NCBI GenBank assembly: GCA_017622575.1
Contig: JAGAQU010000063.1
Span: forward strand, 16,304-80,303
Reading direction: 5' to 3'
Origin: Lachnospiraceae bacterium
Lineage (GTDB): Bacteria; Bacillota; Clostridia; Lachnospirales; Lachnospiraceae
Length of the DNA stretch: 64,000 nt
Each line of letters opens with the position of its first letter. Positions within the stretch are counted from its first letter, which is position 1. Shown one piece after another: positions 10,218-20,082 of the stretch. A program made the position numbers and the translations under genes. The notes beneath the pieces are model-generated. The model worked only from the letters and a program-made list of their open reading frames with translations, had not been told where the DNA came from and did no database searches.

Positions 10218-12917
10218 GTGACAACAACAGGCAATTTGGACAGAATTGGAAGTGAATCAGAAGAATCGTACCTGCTCCGGGAAATGATCGAAAAAAAGAA
10301 ACTGGAGAAGTGGCAGAAATATGTTTGTGAATGGACACATGTCTTTGGCTGTTGTGTTGATGCAAATGGGGCTCTTCTTACGCCTTTTGGCGGCAATCCG
10401 GACGAATCCGCCAGAATATTAAAGGCAATTGATAAAGAACAATTGCAAAATATGTTATTCAGAGTATCCGAAAGCACACTGGAGGATCAGGCAATTGAAG
10501 AAACGGCATATCCAAACCTGCGCCTTGCAGTTATCACTGCCAAGGCAGATAGAAAGCCCGTATTCAGTTGGCTGATCTGCGGTGTGCTTTCTGACGTCAG
10601 TGAGACGGAGGAATATCCGAATCCTCCTTTACAGGGCTTTTCAAGTACCATTACGGAAAAGAATTTTTTCCGGACAATAGATGGAATCAGATATATCACC
10701 GCGGAGCTTTTGGGCTATAAAATCGCAGCTGTGACAGCGGAGGCGGAAAGCAGGAGAAGCCGTTATTCGGAAAAGGAAATGAAGATGACCTTAAAGAGAA
10801 CGGAAGCTCTTACAGGGGTGATTCAACTGCTTGAGAGTGACGCTTCCATAGAGGAGATCATGCAGAAAATGCTGGAAATTGTGGGGAGTTTCTTAACAAT
10901 CAGCACTGCATTTATCTGTCGGATTTCTAAGAATACAGGCAATATGGATATTATGACTCACTGGTGCAACAAAGGTGAGATTTGGAGTTATGATGCTGAC
11001 AATGATGGAAAACAGAATATTCCATTTTTCCTTGATATGGAAAGGACTGTTGTTATTTCCGGTACTTCCCACATAAAGCCGGAGGAGAAGGAAGAACTTG
11101 AGTCACACGGTATCAAGGCAATTGTGGTACTGCCCATTATGATAGGCGACAGTGCAATGATGTATGCCTGTTTTACAGAAAAAAACAGGGAAAGAGAGTG
11201 GGAGATCGATGATATCAAGTTTTTGAGTGACTCCGTAAAAATCCTGCAGAATATTCTTACCAGGCGGATTCAGAAAAATTCACTTGCCAGTTCTTACGCT
11301 TCTCTTGAAACTATTCTTGACAATGTGGGAGGCGCTGTTTATGTCAGGGATCTTGCTACCGGGACGGGCCTGTTTGCCAACAGGAACATGAGGCATAATT
11401 TTGAAAGTGAGTTGCAGGATGACAGTATCAACAAAATTCTGGAAAAAGAAGTGAAGGGAGACAGTGGTATCAGTGAAGTCTTCCTGAAGAGCCGTGAAAA
11501 GTGGTATGAATTGTACTACACCAAGATCAAATGGGTAGATGGAAAACAGGTACTTCTTTTTGCCCTGTATGATGAAACGGAAAAGAAGATATATCAAAGA
11601 AAAATAGAACAGCAGGCCTACACGGATTTCCTGACAGGACTGTACAATCGTATGTGCTGTGAGAGAGACCTGGCAAGATATGTGGATGAAGCGAACAGGA
11701 CCTGTACAAAGGGTGCGCTGCTTTATCTTGACCTGGATGATTTTAAGCATATTAATGACGGTCTGGGACATCAGTACGGCGACGTTTTGCTGAAATCCAT
11801 CGCCCACAGTTTCCAGCGGATATCGGGAATTGAGGATACCTGCTATCGAATGGGCGGGGATGAGTTTGTTATCATCATACCACCCGGCAGTTATGAACGA
11901 CTTGACGAGATTGCAGATGCAATCAAGAAAATATTCATGAAACCATGGTTCCTCAAAAATTCTGATTATTATTGTACCATGAGTATGGGAATCGTAGAGT
12001 TTCCGGATGGCGGGGAAGCCGTGCACGAACTAATCAAGAAGGCCGACATTGCCATGTATGAAGCAAAGAAAAGCGGGAAAAACCGTGTTGCAAGATATTC
12101 CAATGAAATCGGCTCCAAATCAGGCAGACGTCTTAACATGGAAAAGAATATGCGGGAGGCCACTGCAAGAGGATATGATGAGTTCGAGGTATACTTCCAG
12201 CCTATTATTGATGTGCAGAAGAATGGATTTCCCTGTACGGGTGCAGAAGCGCTGATCAGGTGGAACAGCACGGAGCTTGGGTTTATCTCTCCCGGAGAAT
12301 TTATCCCCCTTGCCGAGTATCTGGGACTTATCAATCCTATCGGAGATTATGTTCTCAGAGAAGCATGTAAATGCTGCAAGAAGTGGAATGATAACGGTTA
12401 TCCGGAATATAAGATCAATGTAAATCTTTCTGTTGTTCAGCTTTTACAGAATGATATTGTGGAAAGTATCAGAAAAGCAATTGCCGACACCGGAATAGAA
12501 CCTCACAATCTGACACTGGAGGTAACAGAAAGCCTCGCAATTAATGACATGGAAAAGATGAAGGGAATCCTCGGAAAGATCAAGGAGCTTGGAGTCAGGA
12601 TCGCCTTGGACGATTTCGGAACCGGCTACTCCTCACTGAATCATATCAGGGAACTTCCTTTTGATGTGATCAAGGTTGATCAAAGTTTTATCAGAAATCT
12701 GGAAAAAGATGTCTATGCAAAATCCTTTATCAGAATGGTGGCAGAGCTTGCTGAGGCAATCGGAGTCAATCTCTGTGTAGAAGGTGTGGAGACAAAAGGA
12801 CAGTTTGAAATTATCGCCGGTATGCATGTGAGTCTGGTACAGGGATATTATTTTGATAAACCTATGAAGCAAATGGAGTTTGAAGAGAAGTACACGTCAA
12901 AACGAAAGAGAAACTGA
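10218..12917 (+). CDS. multidomain c-di-GMP enzyme: N-terminal sensor region, GAF/PAS-like segments, GGDEF and EAL domains
   Basis: 899 aa. GTG start with GGGAGAG 8 nt upstream. Intact RMGGDEF, and EAL signatures (GAEALIRW, DDFGTGYSS, KVDQSF). Confidence 0.85.
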   Translation: MTTTGNLDRIGSESEESYLLREMIEKKKLEKWQKYVCEWTHVFGCCVDANGALLTPFGGNPDESARILKAIDKEQLQNMLFRVSESTLEDQAIEETAYPNLRLAVITAKADRKPVFSWLICGVLSDVSETEEYPNPPLQGFSSTITEKNFFRTIDGIRYITAELLGYKIAAVTAEAESRRSRYSEKEMKMTLKRTEALTGVIQLLESDASIEEIMQKMLEIVGSFLTISTAFICRISKNTGNMDIMTHWCNKGEIWSYDADNDGKQNIPFFLDMERTVVISGTSHIKPEEKEELESHGIKAIVVLPIMIGDSAMMYACFTEKNREREWEIDDIKFLSDSVKILQNILTRRIQKNSLASSYASLETILDNVGGAVYVRDLATGTGLFANRNMRHNFESELQDDSINKILEKEVKGDSGISEVFLKSREKWYELYYTKIKWVDGKQVLLFALYDETEKKIYQRKIEQQAYTDFLTGLYNRMCCERDLARYVDEANRTCTKGALLYLDLDDFKHINDGLGHQYGDVLLKSIAHSFQRISGIEDTCYRMGGDEFVIIIPPGSYERLDEIADAIKKIFMKPWFLKNSDYYCTMSMGIVEFPDGGEAVHELIKKADIAMYEAKKSGKNRVARYSNEIGSKSGRRLNMEKNMREATARGYDEFEVYFQPIIDVQKNGFPCTGAEALIRWNSTELGFISPGEFIPLAEYLGLINPIGDYVLREACKCCKKWNDNGYPEYKINVNLSVVQLLQNDIVESIRKAIADTGIEPHNLTLEVTESLAINDMEKMKGILGKIKELGVRIALDDFGTGYSSLNHIRELPFDVIKVDQSFIRNLEKDVYAKSFIRMVAELAEAIGVNLCVEGVETKGQFEIIAGMHVSLVQGYYFDKPMKQMEFEEKYTSKRKRN

Positions 12918-12930
12918 GGAAAAAGAGAAG

Positions 12931-14469
12931 ATGCGATTAGCACAGCTTGAGCAATTTAATCCGATCACCATACAATGTCATGACAATCCTGATGCCGATG
13001 CACTGGCATCAGGATTTGGGCTATATACTTATTTTAAAGAGAAAAATAAGGATGTACGGCTTGTTTACGCCGGAAAGAATCTGATACAGAAAAAGAATTT
13101 GACTCTGATGGTCGATAAACTGAATATCCCTGTCACTTTTTTGAAGGATACAAATATCCCTATAAAAGGCCTGCTGATTACGGTCGATTGCCAGTACGGC
13201 GCAGGAAATGTGACACATCTGTCAGCGGAGAACGTGGCGATTATTGACCATCACCAGATAGAGATTACCAGTGTTCCCATGTCGGAAATACGATCCAATC
13301 TGGGAAGCTGTTCCACACTGGTGTGGCAGATGATGAAGGAGGAAGGATTTTCCTTTGCGGGGAAATATGAGCTGGGAACCGCTTTGTATTATGGTCTGTT
13401 TTCGGATACCAATCAGTTTTCTGAAATCTATAATCCTCTGGACATGGATATGCGGGATGCACTTCCCTGTGAGAAAAGTCTTATCAATCTTTTCAGAAAT
13501 TCCAATCTGTCGCTCCGTGAACTGGAAATAGCAGGGCTTGCCCTGATCAAACATATTTATAATGATGATTACCGTTATGCCATCATTAAGGCGAACCCCT
13601 GTGATCCTAACATTCTGGGTCTGATCAGTGATTTTCTGCTTCAGGTGGAAGAGATAGATACCTGTATTGTCTATAATGAGCTGAAGGAGGGCATCAAATT
13701 TTCCGTGCGCAGCTGCGTAAAGGAAGTGCGGGCAGATGAGCTGGCATCTTTCCTTTCGGAGGATATCGGCTCCGGCGGGGGCCACAGGGAAAAGGCCGGA
13801 GGTTTCATCAGCAGAAGCAAATATGAAGAAAAATATCCGACACTGCATACTGAGGCCTATTTCAGCGAGAGGATGAACGATTATTTTGATCACTGCCAGA
13901 TCATTGATGCCGTGAATTACGATATTGATATTTCATCTATGAAGGCGTATGTTAAGCGAAAGCTTCCACAGGGCTTTGTTATCGCCAAAGAGATTGTGGC
14001 GGTGGGAACCCCCATAACCATTCGTACCCTTGAGGGGGATGTGGATATGACCGTGGAAGACAATACCGTTTTTATGATAGGAATCAAAGGTGAGGTTTAT
14101 CCGGTCACAAGAGAAAAATTTGAAAAAAGTTATCGAACCACTGACGAGAAATATGATCTGAAGGAGCATACACTGCAGGCCGATTACATTCCCACTGTCA
14201 GGAACAGAATGGACGGCAGTTCCAAGGAGATCATCCAGTTTGCAAAAGTATGTATGCCTACGGGGGAAACCCATATCCATGCCAAAATGCTGACAGGGAT
14301 GGTAAAGGTATTCGCTTCCTGGGACAGGGAAAAGTATATGCTCGGGAAACCGGGAGATTTCCTTGCGGTGCGCTGTGATGACAGACATGATATCTATGTG
14401 GTGGAACGGGATATTTTTTATAAATCATACGAAGAAACAGAGGAAATAGAGGAAATAGAGGAAATGTGA
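12931..14469 (+). CDS. DHH/DHHA1 family phosphoesterase (NrnA-like) with a roughly 180-aa C-terminal extension
   Basis: Motifs HDNPDADALAS, IIDHHQ and GSGGGHREKAGG. ATG 12931 lies 13 nt after the EAL gene stop. Confidence 0.8.
   Translation: MRLAQLEQFNPITIQCHDNPDADALASGFGLYTYFKEKNKDVRLVYAGKNLIQKKNLTLMVDKLNIPVTFLKDTNIPIKGLLITVDCQYGAGNVTHLSAENVAIIDHHQIEITSVPMSEIRSNLGSCSTLVWQMMKEEGFSFAGKYELGTALYYGLFSDTNQFSEIYNPLDMDMRDALPCEKSLINLFRNSNLSLRELEIAGLALIKHIYNDDYRYAIIKANPCDPNILGLISDFLLQVEEIDTCIVYNELKEGIKFSVRSCVKEVRADELASFLSEDIGSGGGHREKAGGFISRSKYEEKYPTLHTEAYFSERMNDYFDHCQIIDAVNYDIDISSMKAYVKRKLPQGFVIAKEIVAVGTPITIRTLEGDVDMTVEDNTVFMIGIKGEVYPVTREKFEKSYRTTDEKYDLKEHTLQADYIPTVRNRMDGSSKEIIQFAKVCMPTGETHIHAKMLTGMVKVFASWDREKYMLGKPGDFLAVRCDDRHDIYVVERDIFYKSYEETEEIEEIEEM
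14440..14466 (+). repeat. 3 x 9-nt tandem repeat (GAGGAAATA/G) encoding EEIEEIEEM at the 3' end of the DHH gene
   Basis: Read directly: gaggaaata gaggaaata gaggaaatg. Confidence 0.9.
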
Positions 14470-14505
14470 TAGCACAAGAGAAAAATCTGTGCTATTATGA
14501 TTTTT
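14469..14505 (+). terminator. candidate intrinsic terminator after the DHH gene
   Basis: ATAGCACA / TGTGCTAT 8-bp stem with an 11-nt loop, followed by TATGATTTTT. Confidence 0.5.
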
Positions 14506-14538
14506 AGATTGACGTGAAAAGCTGCAGGAGGTAAAGCC

Positions 14539-14577
14539 ATGACCGTGGTCACGGTATCATGGTATCGGACAAAATGA
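14539..14577 (+). CDS. 12-codon upstream ORF ([12 protein letters not shown]) overlapping the glnS start by ATGA
   Basis: The only good Shine-Dalgarno sequence in the region (AGGAGG, 14526-14531) sits 7 nt before ATG 14539. The stop TGA at 14575-14577 overlaps ATG 14574. Confidence 0.4.
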   Translation: MTVVTVSWYRTK

Positions 14578-16286
14578 GCGAAAAAGAAGTGAATGTAGGA
14601 TTAGAAACAGAGGAAACGGAAGAAAAAGAACCTGTTTCCAGAAATTTCATTGAGCAGATCATTGATAAAGATCTGGCAGAGGGTGTCTATGATACGGTAC
14701 ACACAAGATTCCCACCGGAACCCAACGGATATCTTCATATCGGACATGCCAAGAGTATTCTTTTAAACTATGGACTTGCCAAAGAATATGACGGTAAGTT
14801 CAATATGAGATTTGATGACACCAATCCCACAAAAGAGAAGACGGAATTCGTGGAATCCATTCTGGCAGATATCAAATGGCTGGGAGCCGACTGGGAAGAC
14901 AGGCTTTTCTTTGCCTCCAATTATTTTGATCAGATGTATGAAGGAGCAGTAAAGCTGATTAAAAAGGGCAAAGCTTATGTGTCCGATCTGTCAGCGGAGG
15001 AAATGAGAGAGTACAGAGGAACTCTGACAGAGCCCGGAAAGAATGACCCGAACAGAGACAGAAGCATAGAAGACAATCTGGATTTATTTGAGAGAATGAA
15101 GAACGGTGAATTTGCAGACGGTGAGAAAACCCTCCGGGCAAAGATCGATATGGCATCTCCCAATATCAATATGCGAGACCCCATTATTTACCGTGTTGCT
15201 CATATGACCCATCATAACACAGGCGATAAGTGGTGTATCTATCCCATGTATGACTTTGCACATCCCATTGAGGATGCCATTGAGGGGATCACGCATTCCA
15301 TCTGTACCCTTGAGTTTGAGGATCACAGACCGCTATATGACTGGGTAGTGAGAGAATTGGAATATCCCCATCCTCCCAAGCAGATCGAGTTTGCAAAAAT
15401 GTATCTCACCAATGTGGTGACGGGCAAGCGATATATCAAAAAGCTGGTTGAGGACGGAATCGTGGACGGCTGGGATGATCCCAGACTTGTCTCCATAGCA
15501 GCACTTCGAAGAAGAGGCTTTACACCGGAGTCCATTAAGATGTTTGTGGATCTGTGCGGAATCTCCAAGAGTAACTCCTCCGTGGATTATGCGATGCTTG
15601 AGTACTGTATCCGCGAGGATCTGAAGTTAAAGCGTCCCAGGATGATGGCTGCTCTTGATCCGGTCAAGCTGATTATTGACAATTACCCGGAAGATCAGAC
15701 GGAGATGCTTACGGTTGCCAACAATCTGGAAAATGAGGAAATGGGAACGAGACAGGTTCCTTTCGGAAGGGAACTATATATAGACAGGGAAGACTTTATG
15801 GAGGAACCTCCGAAAAAGTACTTCCGCTTATTCCCGGGCAATGAAGTGCGTCTGATGAACGCTTATTTTGTGACGTGTACCGGCTGCGTAAAGGACGAGA
15901 ACGGAAAGGTGATCGAAGTACACTGCACCTATGATCCTGAGACGAAGTGTGGTACCGGATTTACCGGACGAAAGGTGAAGGGAACCATACACTGGGTGCC
16001 TGCAAAGGAAGCTGTAAAGGCAGAAGTGAGACTGTATGAGAATATTATAGACGAGGAAAAGGGAGTTTATAACGAGGACGGAAGTCTTAATTTAAATCCC
16101 AATTCCCTTACGGTTCTGAAGGATTGCTATCTGGAGCCGTCACTGAAGGATGCAAAGCCTTATGAAAGCTTCCAGTTTGTGAGACAGGGATATTTCTGTG
16201 TGGACGCAAAAGATTCAAAGGAGGGAGCGCCTGTCTTTAACAGGATCGTTTCCCTGAAGAGTTCTTATGTGTTACCGAAGGCTTAG
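14574..16286 (+). CDS. glnS: glutamine--tRNA ligase
   Basis: Class I signature [14 protein letters not shown], and the N-terminus MSEKE...[11 protein letters not shown] parallels GlnRS. ATG 14559 is an alternative start. The stop is TAG. Confidence 0.9.
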   Translation: MSEKEVNVGLETEETEEKEPVSRNFIEQIIDKDLAEGVYDTVHTRFPPEPNGYLHIGHAKSILLNYGLAKEYDGKFNMRFDDTNPTKEKTEFVESILADIKWLGADWEDRLFFASNYFDQMYEGAVKLIKKGKAYVSDLSAEEMREYRGTLTEPGKNDPNRDRSIEDNLDLFERMKNGEFADGEKTLRAKIDMASPNINMRDPIIYRVAHMTHHNTGDKWCIYPMYDFAHPIEDAIEGITHSICTLEFEDHRPLYDWVVRELEYPHPPKQIEFAKMYLTNVVTGKRYIKKLVEDGIVDGWDDPRLVSIAALRRRGFTPESIKMFVDLCGISKSNSSVDYAMLEYCIREDLKLKRPRMMAALDPVKLIIDNYPEDQTEMLTVANNLENEEMGTRQVPFGRELYIDREDFMEEPPKKYFRLFPGNEVRLMNAYFVTCTGCVKDENGKVIEVHCTYDPETKCGTGFTGRKVKGTIHWVPAKEAVKAEVRLYENIIDEEKGVYNEDGSLNLNPNSLTVLKDCYLEPSLKDAKPYESFQFVRQGYFCVDAKDSKEGAPVFNRIVSLKSSYVLPKA

Positions 16287-16297
16287 GAGGAATTGAC

Positions 16298-17170
16298 ATG
16301 TCAGGATTGTTGTCGGGGCTCTCAGAGCTTGGTCTTGGCAATATGGAAAATATTGACCTTTATACGGAACCGGAAGAGAAGTCCGCGAAGGACAAAATAC
16401 CGGAAAAACCGCAGAAAATGAAATTTCAGGAAAAAGATTTCCTGTTTGATAAAAAATATGAATGTCCGGTCTGCTACGAGACTTTTAAGGAAAAGACCGT
16501 GCGTTCCGGTAAACTTCGCCTGATGGGCACAGACAAAGATTTGAGACCTCTGTATGAGCAGATGGAACCTCTTAAGTATGATGTGATTCTTTGCCCCCAC
16601 TGTGGATATGCTACCCTTACCAGATATTTTGGCGGTTTGACAGTCAGCCAGATCAAATCAGTGAGGGAAAATATTTCATCCTCTTTTCATTCGCCGGAGC
16701 CTGCCGGGGATATTTATACTTACGAGGAAGCGATAAACAGATATAAGCTCTGCCTCGCAAGCACCATCGTGAAGCGGGGAAAGGCAAGTGAAAAAGCTTA
16801 TATCTGTCTGAAAGCGGGATGGCTTCTTCGGAGTATGGGAGAGGAGCTTGACAGGAAAGAACCCGATTACAATAAGAAGCTTCAAAGCATCAGGGAGCAG
16901 GAAAGGGAATTTTTAAAGAACGCACTTGAGGGCTTTATCACTGCCAGACAGTCAGAAAGCTATCCGATCTGTGGCATGGATGAGATGACACTGGAATATT
17001 TGATCGCTGTACTTGCTATGGAATTTGAACAGTATGAGATTGCATCAAAATTGATTTCCAATGTTCTGATCTCCCCTTCAGCCAATCCCAGAACCAAGGA
17101 CAGGGCGAGAGAAATCAAGGAGGAACTTGTTGTAAAGATCAGGGAGAAAAAGGCTGCAGATCATGAATGA
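16298..17170 (+). CDS. DUF2225-like zinc-ribbon / helical repeat protein
   Basis: 290 aa. CPVC...CPHCGYA zinc ribbon followed by a helical C-terminal half. Good AGGAGG Shine-Dalgarno sequence. Confidence 0.65.
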   Translation: MSGLLSGLSELGLGNMENIDLYTEPEEKSAKDKIPEKPQKMKFQEKDFLFDKKYECPVCYETFKEKTVRSGKLRLMGTDKDLRPLYEQMEPLKYDVILCPHCGYATLTRYFGGLTVSQIKSVRENISSSFHSPEPAGDIYTYEEAINRYKLCLASTIVKRGKASEKAYICLKAGWLLRSMGEELDRKEPDYNKKLQSIREQEREFLKNALEGFITARQSESYPICGMDEMTLEYLIAVLAMEFEQYEIASKLISNVLISPSANPRTKDRAREIKEELVVKIREKKAADHE

Positions 17171-18629
17171 TTTGGCGATTGAACTTAAGACTGATACAGG
17201 TAAGTGCATGTATCAGCAGATATATGAATATATCAGAAATGAGATCAGGGAAGGGAAGCTTCAAAGAGAAGAGAAGCTTCCCTCAACGCGTTCTCTGGCA
17301 GAATATCTGCAAATTGCCAGGAGTACGGTGGATTCTGCATACAGTCAGCTTCTGGCGGAAGGATACATTGTGTCGAAGCCCTGCAGGGGATATTTTGTGT
17401 CCGGAGTGGAAGAGCTTTTTGATTTTTCCGGCGGGGAAGAAATGCAGAAGGCTGCGGGTCAGAGAGCTCCTTCCGATGCTTTTTCGGAGCAGTTTGGCAG
17501 CGAGGAGGCAAAAAAAGAGGATTCTGCAGTGCAGTATGATTTTTCGCCCCATGGAATCAGCATGAAGTATTTTCCCTACGCTACCTGGAAAAAGATCACC
17601 AGAGAAATCCTGGTGGATGCCAACAGCGAGATGTTTGCACTGGGGGATGCCAGAGGAGATCTGGAACTGCGAACTACCATCAGCAGATACCTTCACTCGG
17701 CAAGAGGTGTCAGCTGCAGACCGGAACAGATCATTATAGGAGCCGGAACGGATTTCCTTTTGATGCTGCTGGAGAAGATTTTGGGAAGACATGTTCCCAT
17801 TGCCATGGAAAATCCCACTTATGGTCGTGCTTACCGGGTTTTCAGGTCCTTTGCCTATGAGATAAAAACGATTCCCATGGACGAGAACGGCATGAGCGTG
17901 AAAGAGTTGAAAAAGTCCGGGGCACGGGTGGCTTACGTGATGCCTTCCCATCAGTATCCTACCGGCGTGGTGATGCCCATCGGCAGAAGGCTGGAACTAT
18001 TGAAATGGGCAGAACAGGCAGAAGACAGATTTCTGATCGAGGATGATTATGACAGTGAATTCCGTTATAAAGGGAAACCCATACCGGCTCTGCAGGCTTC
18101 CGACAGAACGGGAAAAGTGATCTATATGGGGACTTTTTCCAAGTCCATTGCACCTGCCATCCGTGTGGGGTACATGGTACTTCCCATGTCTCTTCTGAAA
18201 AAATATGAAGAGAATTGCGGATTTTATGCGTCCACAGTGTCCAGAATTGACCAGCGCATTTTAAATGAGTTTATCAGGGACGGTTATTTTGAAAGATATT
18301 TGAACAAGATGCGTAAAATATATAAGGAAAAGCATGATTTTCTGATGGAGCAGCTGAAAGGCTTTGAGAGTGGGTTTCGAATTTCGGGAGAGAATGCAGG
18401 GCTTCATGTTCTCCTCACCAGCAAAAAGAATGTGAAAGAACAGGAACTTCTTTTTGCCGCGAGAGAATGGGGCATCAGACTTTATGGACTGTCGGATACA
18501 CTCTCAGGGGCACCGGACCTTAAAAATCAGCAAAATGCCACTATTCTTCTCGGCTACGGAGCACTTTCCCCGGGAGAAATAGAAGAGGGAACCGCGCTTT
18601 TGAAAAAAGCTTTCAGAGAATATTTGTGA
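17163..18629 (+). CDS. MocR-type regulator (GntR wHTH fused to a PLP aminotransferase-like domain)
   Basis: 488 aa. N-terminal YQQIYEYIRNEIREGKL...LPSTRSLA (GntR HTH), then a fold-type I aminotransferase domain including TFSKSIAPAIRVGY (PLP lysine motif). Confidence 0.85.
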   Translation: MNDLAIELKTDTGKCMYQQIYEYIRNEIREGKLQREEKLPSTRSLAEYLQIARSTVDSAYSQLLAEGYIVSKPCRGYFVSGVEELFDFSGGEEMQKAAGQRAPSDAFSEQFGSEEAKKEDSAVQYDFSPHGISMKYFPYATWKKITREILVDANSEMFALGDARGDLELRTTISRYLHSARGVSCRPEQIIIGAGTDFLLMLLEKILGRHVPIAMENPTYGRAYRVFRSFAYEIKTIPMDENGMSVKELKKSGARVAYVMPSHQYPTGVVMPIGRRLELLKWAEQAEDRFLIEDDYDSEFRYKGKPIPALQASDRTGKVIYMGTFSKSIAPAIRVGYMVLPMSLLKKYEENCGFYASTVSRIDQRILNEFIRDGYFERYLNKMRKIYKEKHDFLMEQLKGFESGFRISGENAGLHVLLTSKKNVKEQELLFAAREWGIRLYGLSDTLSGAPDLKNQQNATILLGYGALSPGEIEEGTALLKKAFREYL

Positions 18630-18649
18630 GTCGTCCTATATAATAAAAA

Positions 18650-18671
18650 GAGCCCGCTTTCGCGCGGGCTC
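18650..18671 (-). terminator. intrinsic terminator for the minus-strand gene
   Basis: GAGCCCGC / GCGGGCTC 8-bp GC-rich stem with a 6-nt loop. A T-run follows only on the minus strand. Confidence 0.7.
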
Positions 18672-18690
18672 ATGCTATGTTCTGAAAAAC

Positions 18691-19251
18691 TTACAGGGAA
18701 GAGTCATCGTCATCAAAGAATTCTTCTACCTGCTCTGTAGACTCGGATGCTTTTTCGGAAGCAGCTTCTTTGATATCTTCAGCAGCTTCTACGGCTTCTT
18801 CTTTTACCTGCTCGGCAGCTTCTGAAGCAGCGTCGGCAGCTTCCTGTGCTTTTTCTTTTAAAGTGTCGGAAAGATCAGTGAAAGAAGTGTGGGAACTCTG
18901 AGACTCGGCAACGGACTTTACGGTCTCTTTTACCTGATGTACGGAGTCTGTGATCACTTCCCTGGCTTTCTGCAGAGCACCTGAATCTTCAATTGCTTCC
19001 TTGGCCTTCTGAATGGCCTCTGTGGCAATCGCTTCAGCCTTATCGAGATTTAAAGAAACATAAGAACGTTCCTTGCCGGTATTGATATCCTCATCAAGAT
19101 CTTCACTGAAATCATCAAAATCATCGTCATTTTCGTTACTGGGAGCGGGAGAAGCTGTCTGTTCCTTCTTCTGTAAATAGGAATATGCGCCATATGCAGC
19201 AGCACCTGCTACAGCGGTAAAAAGTAAAAATTTGCCAAAGCTTTTAGACAT
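18691..19251 (-). CDS. membrane-anchored acidic helical protein (YtxH-like)
   Basis: The start is set at the Met with AGGAG 6-7 nt upstream. N-terminal GKFLLFTAVAGAAAYGAY helix, then a long Glu/Ala/Lys-rich region. Confidence 0.5.
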   Translation of the reverse strand: MSKSFGKFLLFTAVAGAAAYGAYSYLQKKEQTASPAPSNENDDDFDDFSEDLDEDINTGKERSYVSLNLDKAEAIATEAIQKAKEAIEDSGALQKAREVITDSVHQVKETVKSVAESQSSHTSFTDLSDTLKEKAQEAADAASEAAEQVKEEAVEAAEDIKEAASEKASESTEQVEEFFDDDDSSL

Positions 19252-19350
19252 GTGAATACTCCTTTCAGATTTCATTTCATAATAATAATATCTTAATACT
19301 ATTTTGCGAAAATGAAAAGAGAATATGTATAAAAAAACTATTAATTTTTA

Positions 19351-19379
19351 TTGAATAGGTTAAAAAAATATGTTATATT
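19351..19379 (+). promoter_or_regulatory. sigma-A type promoter for the TetR operon
   Basis: TTGAAT, 17-nt spacer, TATATT, with TGT immediately upstream of the -10 element. Confidence 0.55.
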
Positions 19380-19451
19380 ATTTTTCGACTAAAAAAGTCA
19401 ATGGGAAGATAGCAGAATAAAATTTGCAGATTTATGGGAGATGGGGAAACG

Positions 19452-20057
19452 ATGAATGAGAAATTTTTTGACCTGAAAAAGGAAAAACAGGATCGTATGA
19501 TCAATGCAGCGCTCAAGATCTTTGCCTTAAAGGGCTACGAGCATGCCAGTACAGATGACATTGTGCGGGAAGCCGGTATCAGCAAGGGGCTTTTGTTTCA
19601 CTATTTTATCAGCAAGATCGGATTGTATGCGTTTGTGTATGATTACAGTGTGAAGTATCTGATGCTGGAATATTCTACCGGTATTTCCAAGGAAGAGACC
19701 GATTATTTTGAACTGATTCTTCAGATGAAAAACTGCGAGCTGCAGGTGATGCGCAATTATCCCTATATGCTACAATTTTTGAATGAGAGCAAAAAGGAAG
19801 ATGTGAGTGAGGCGCTTGTGGCAACAGAGGAAAAGAGAAGCGTGCTGCCGCAGCATTTTAATCAGATCATGGGGCGGGCCGATCTTGGCAGATTCAAGCC
19901 GGAGGTAGAGATTGATAAGCTGACCAAAATAATTGAACTGACAGTAAGCGGTCTCATGACAGAGCAGTTCATCTGTGAAGCTTTTCAGCCGGAATTGTTT
20001 GTGAAGGAAATTGAGAGATATCTGTCCATGCTGAAAAAGATGTCCTATCGGGAATGA
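19452..20057 (+). CDS. TetR/AcrR family transcriptional regulator
   Basis: N-terminal HTH (YEHASTDDIVREAGISKGLLFHYF). Start chosen at MNEKFF, which has GGGGA upstream. Confidence 0.8.
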   Translation: MNEKFFDLKKEKQDRMINAALKIFALKGYEHASTDDIVREAGISKGLLFHYFISKIGLYAFVYDYSVKYLMLEYSTGISKEETDYFELILQMKNCELQVMRNYPYMLQFLNESKKEDVSEALVATEEKRSVLPQHFNQIMGRADLGRFKPEVEIDKLTKIIELTVSGLMTEQFICEAFQPELFVKEIERYLSMLKKMSYRE

Positions 20058-20082
20058 AAAAATTTTTGATTCGTGGGAGGAA

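Noticed and set aside
14440-14466. Short tandem repeats as a possible CRISPR or minisatellite array.
   Set aside because: There are only three 9-nt units, in frame within a coding sequence, with no spacers. No CRISPR-like repeat-spacer structure exists anywhere in the window.
14470-14558. A T-box leader upstream of glnS.
   Set aside because: The intergenic region is under 100 nt and lacks a T-box sequence and specifier architecture.
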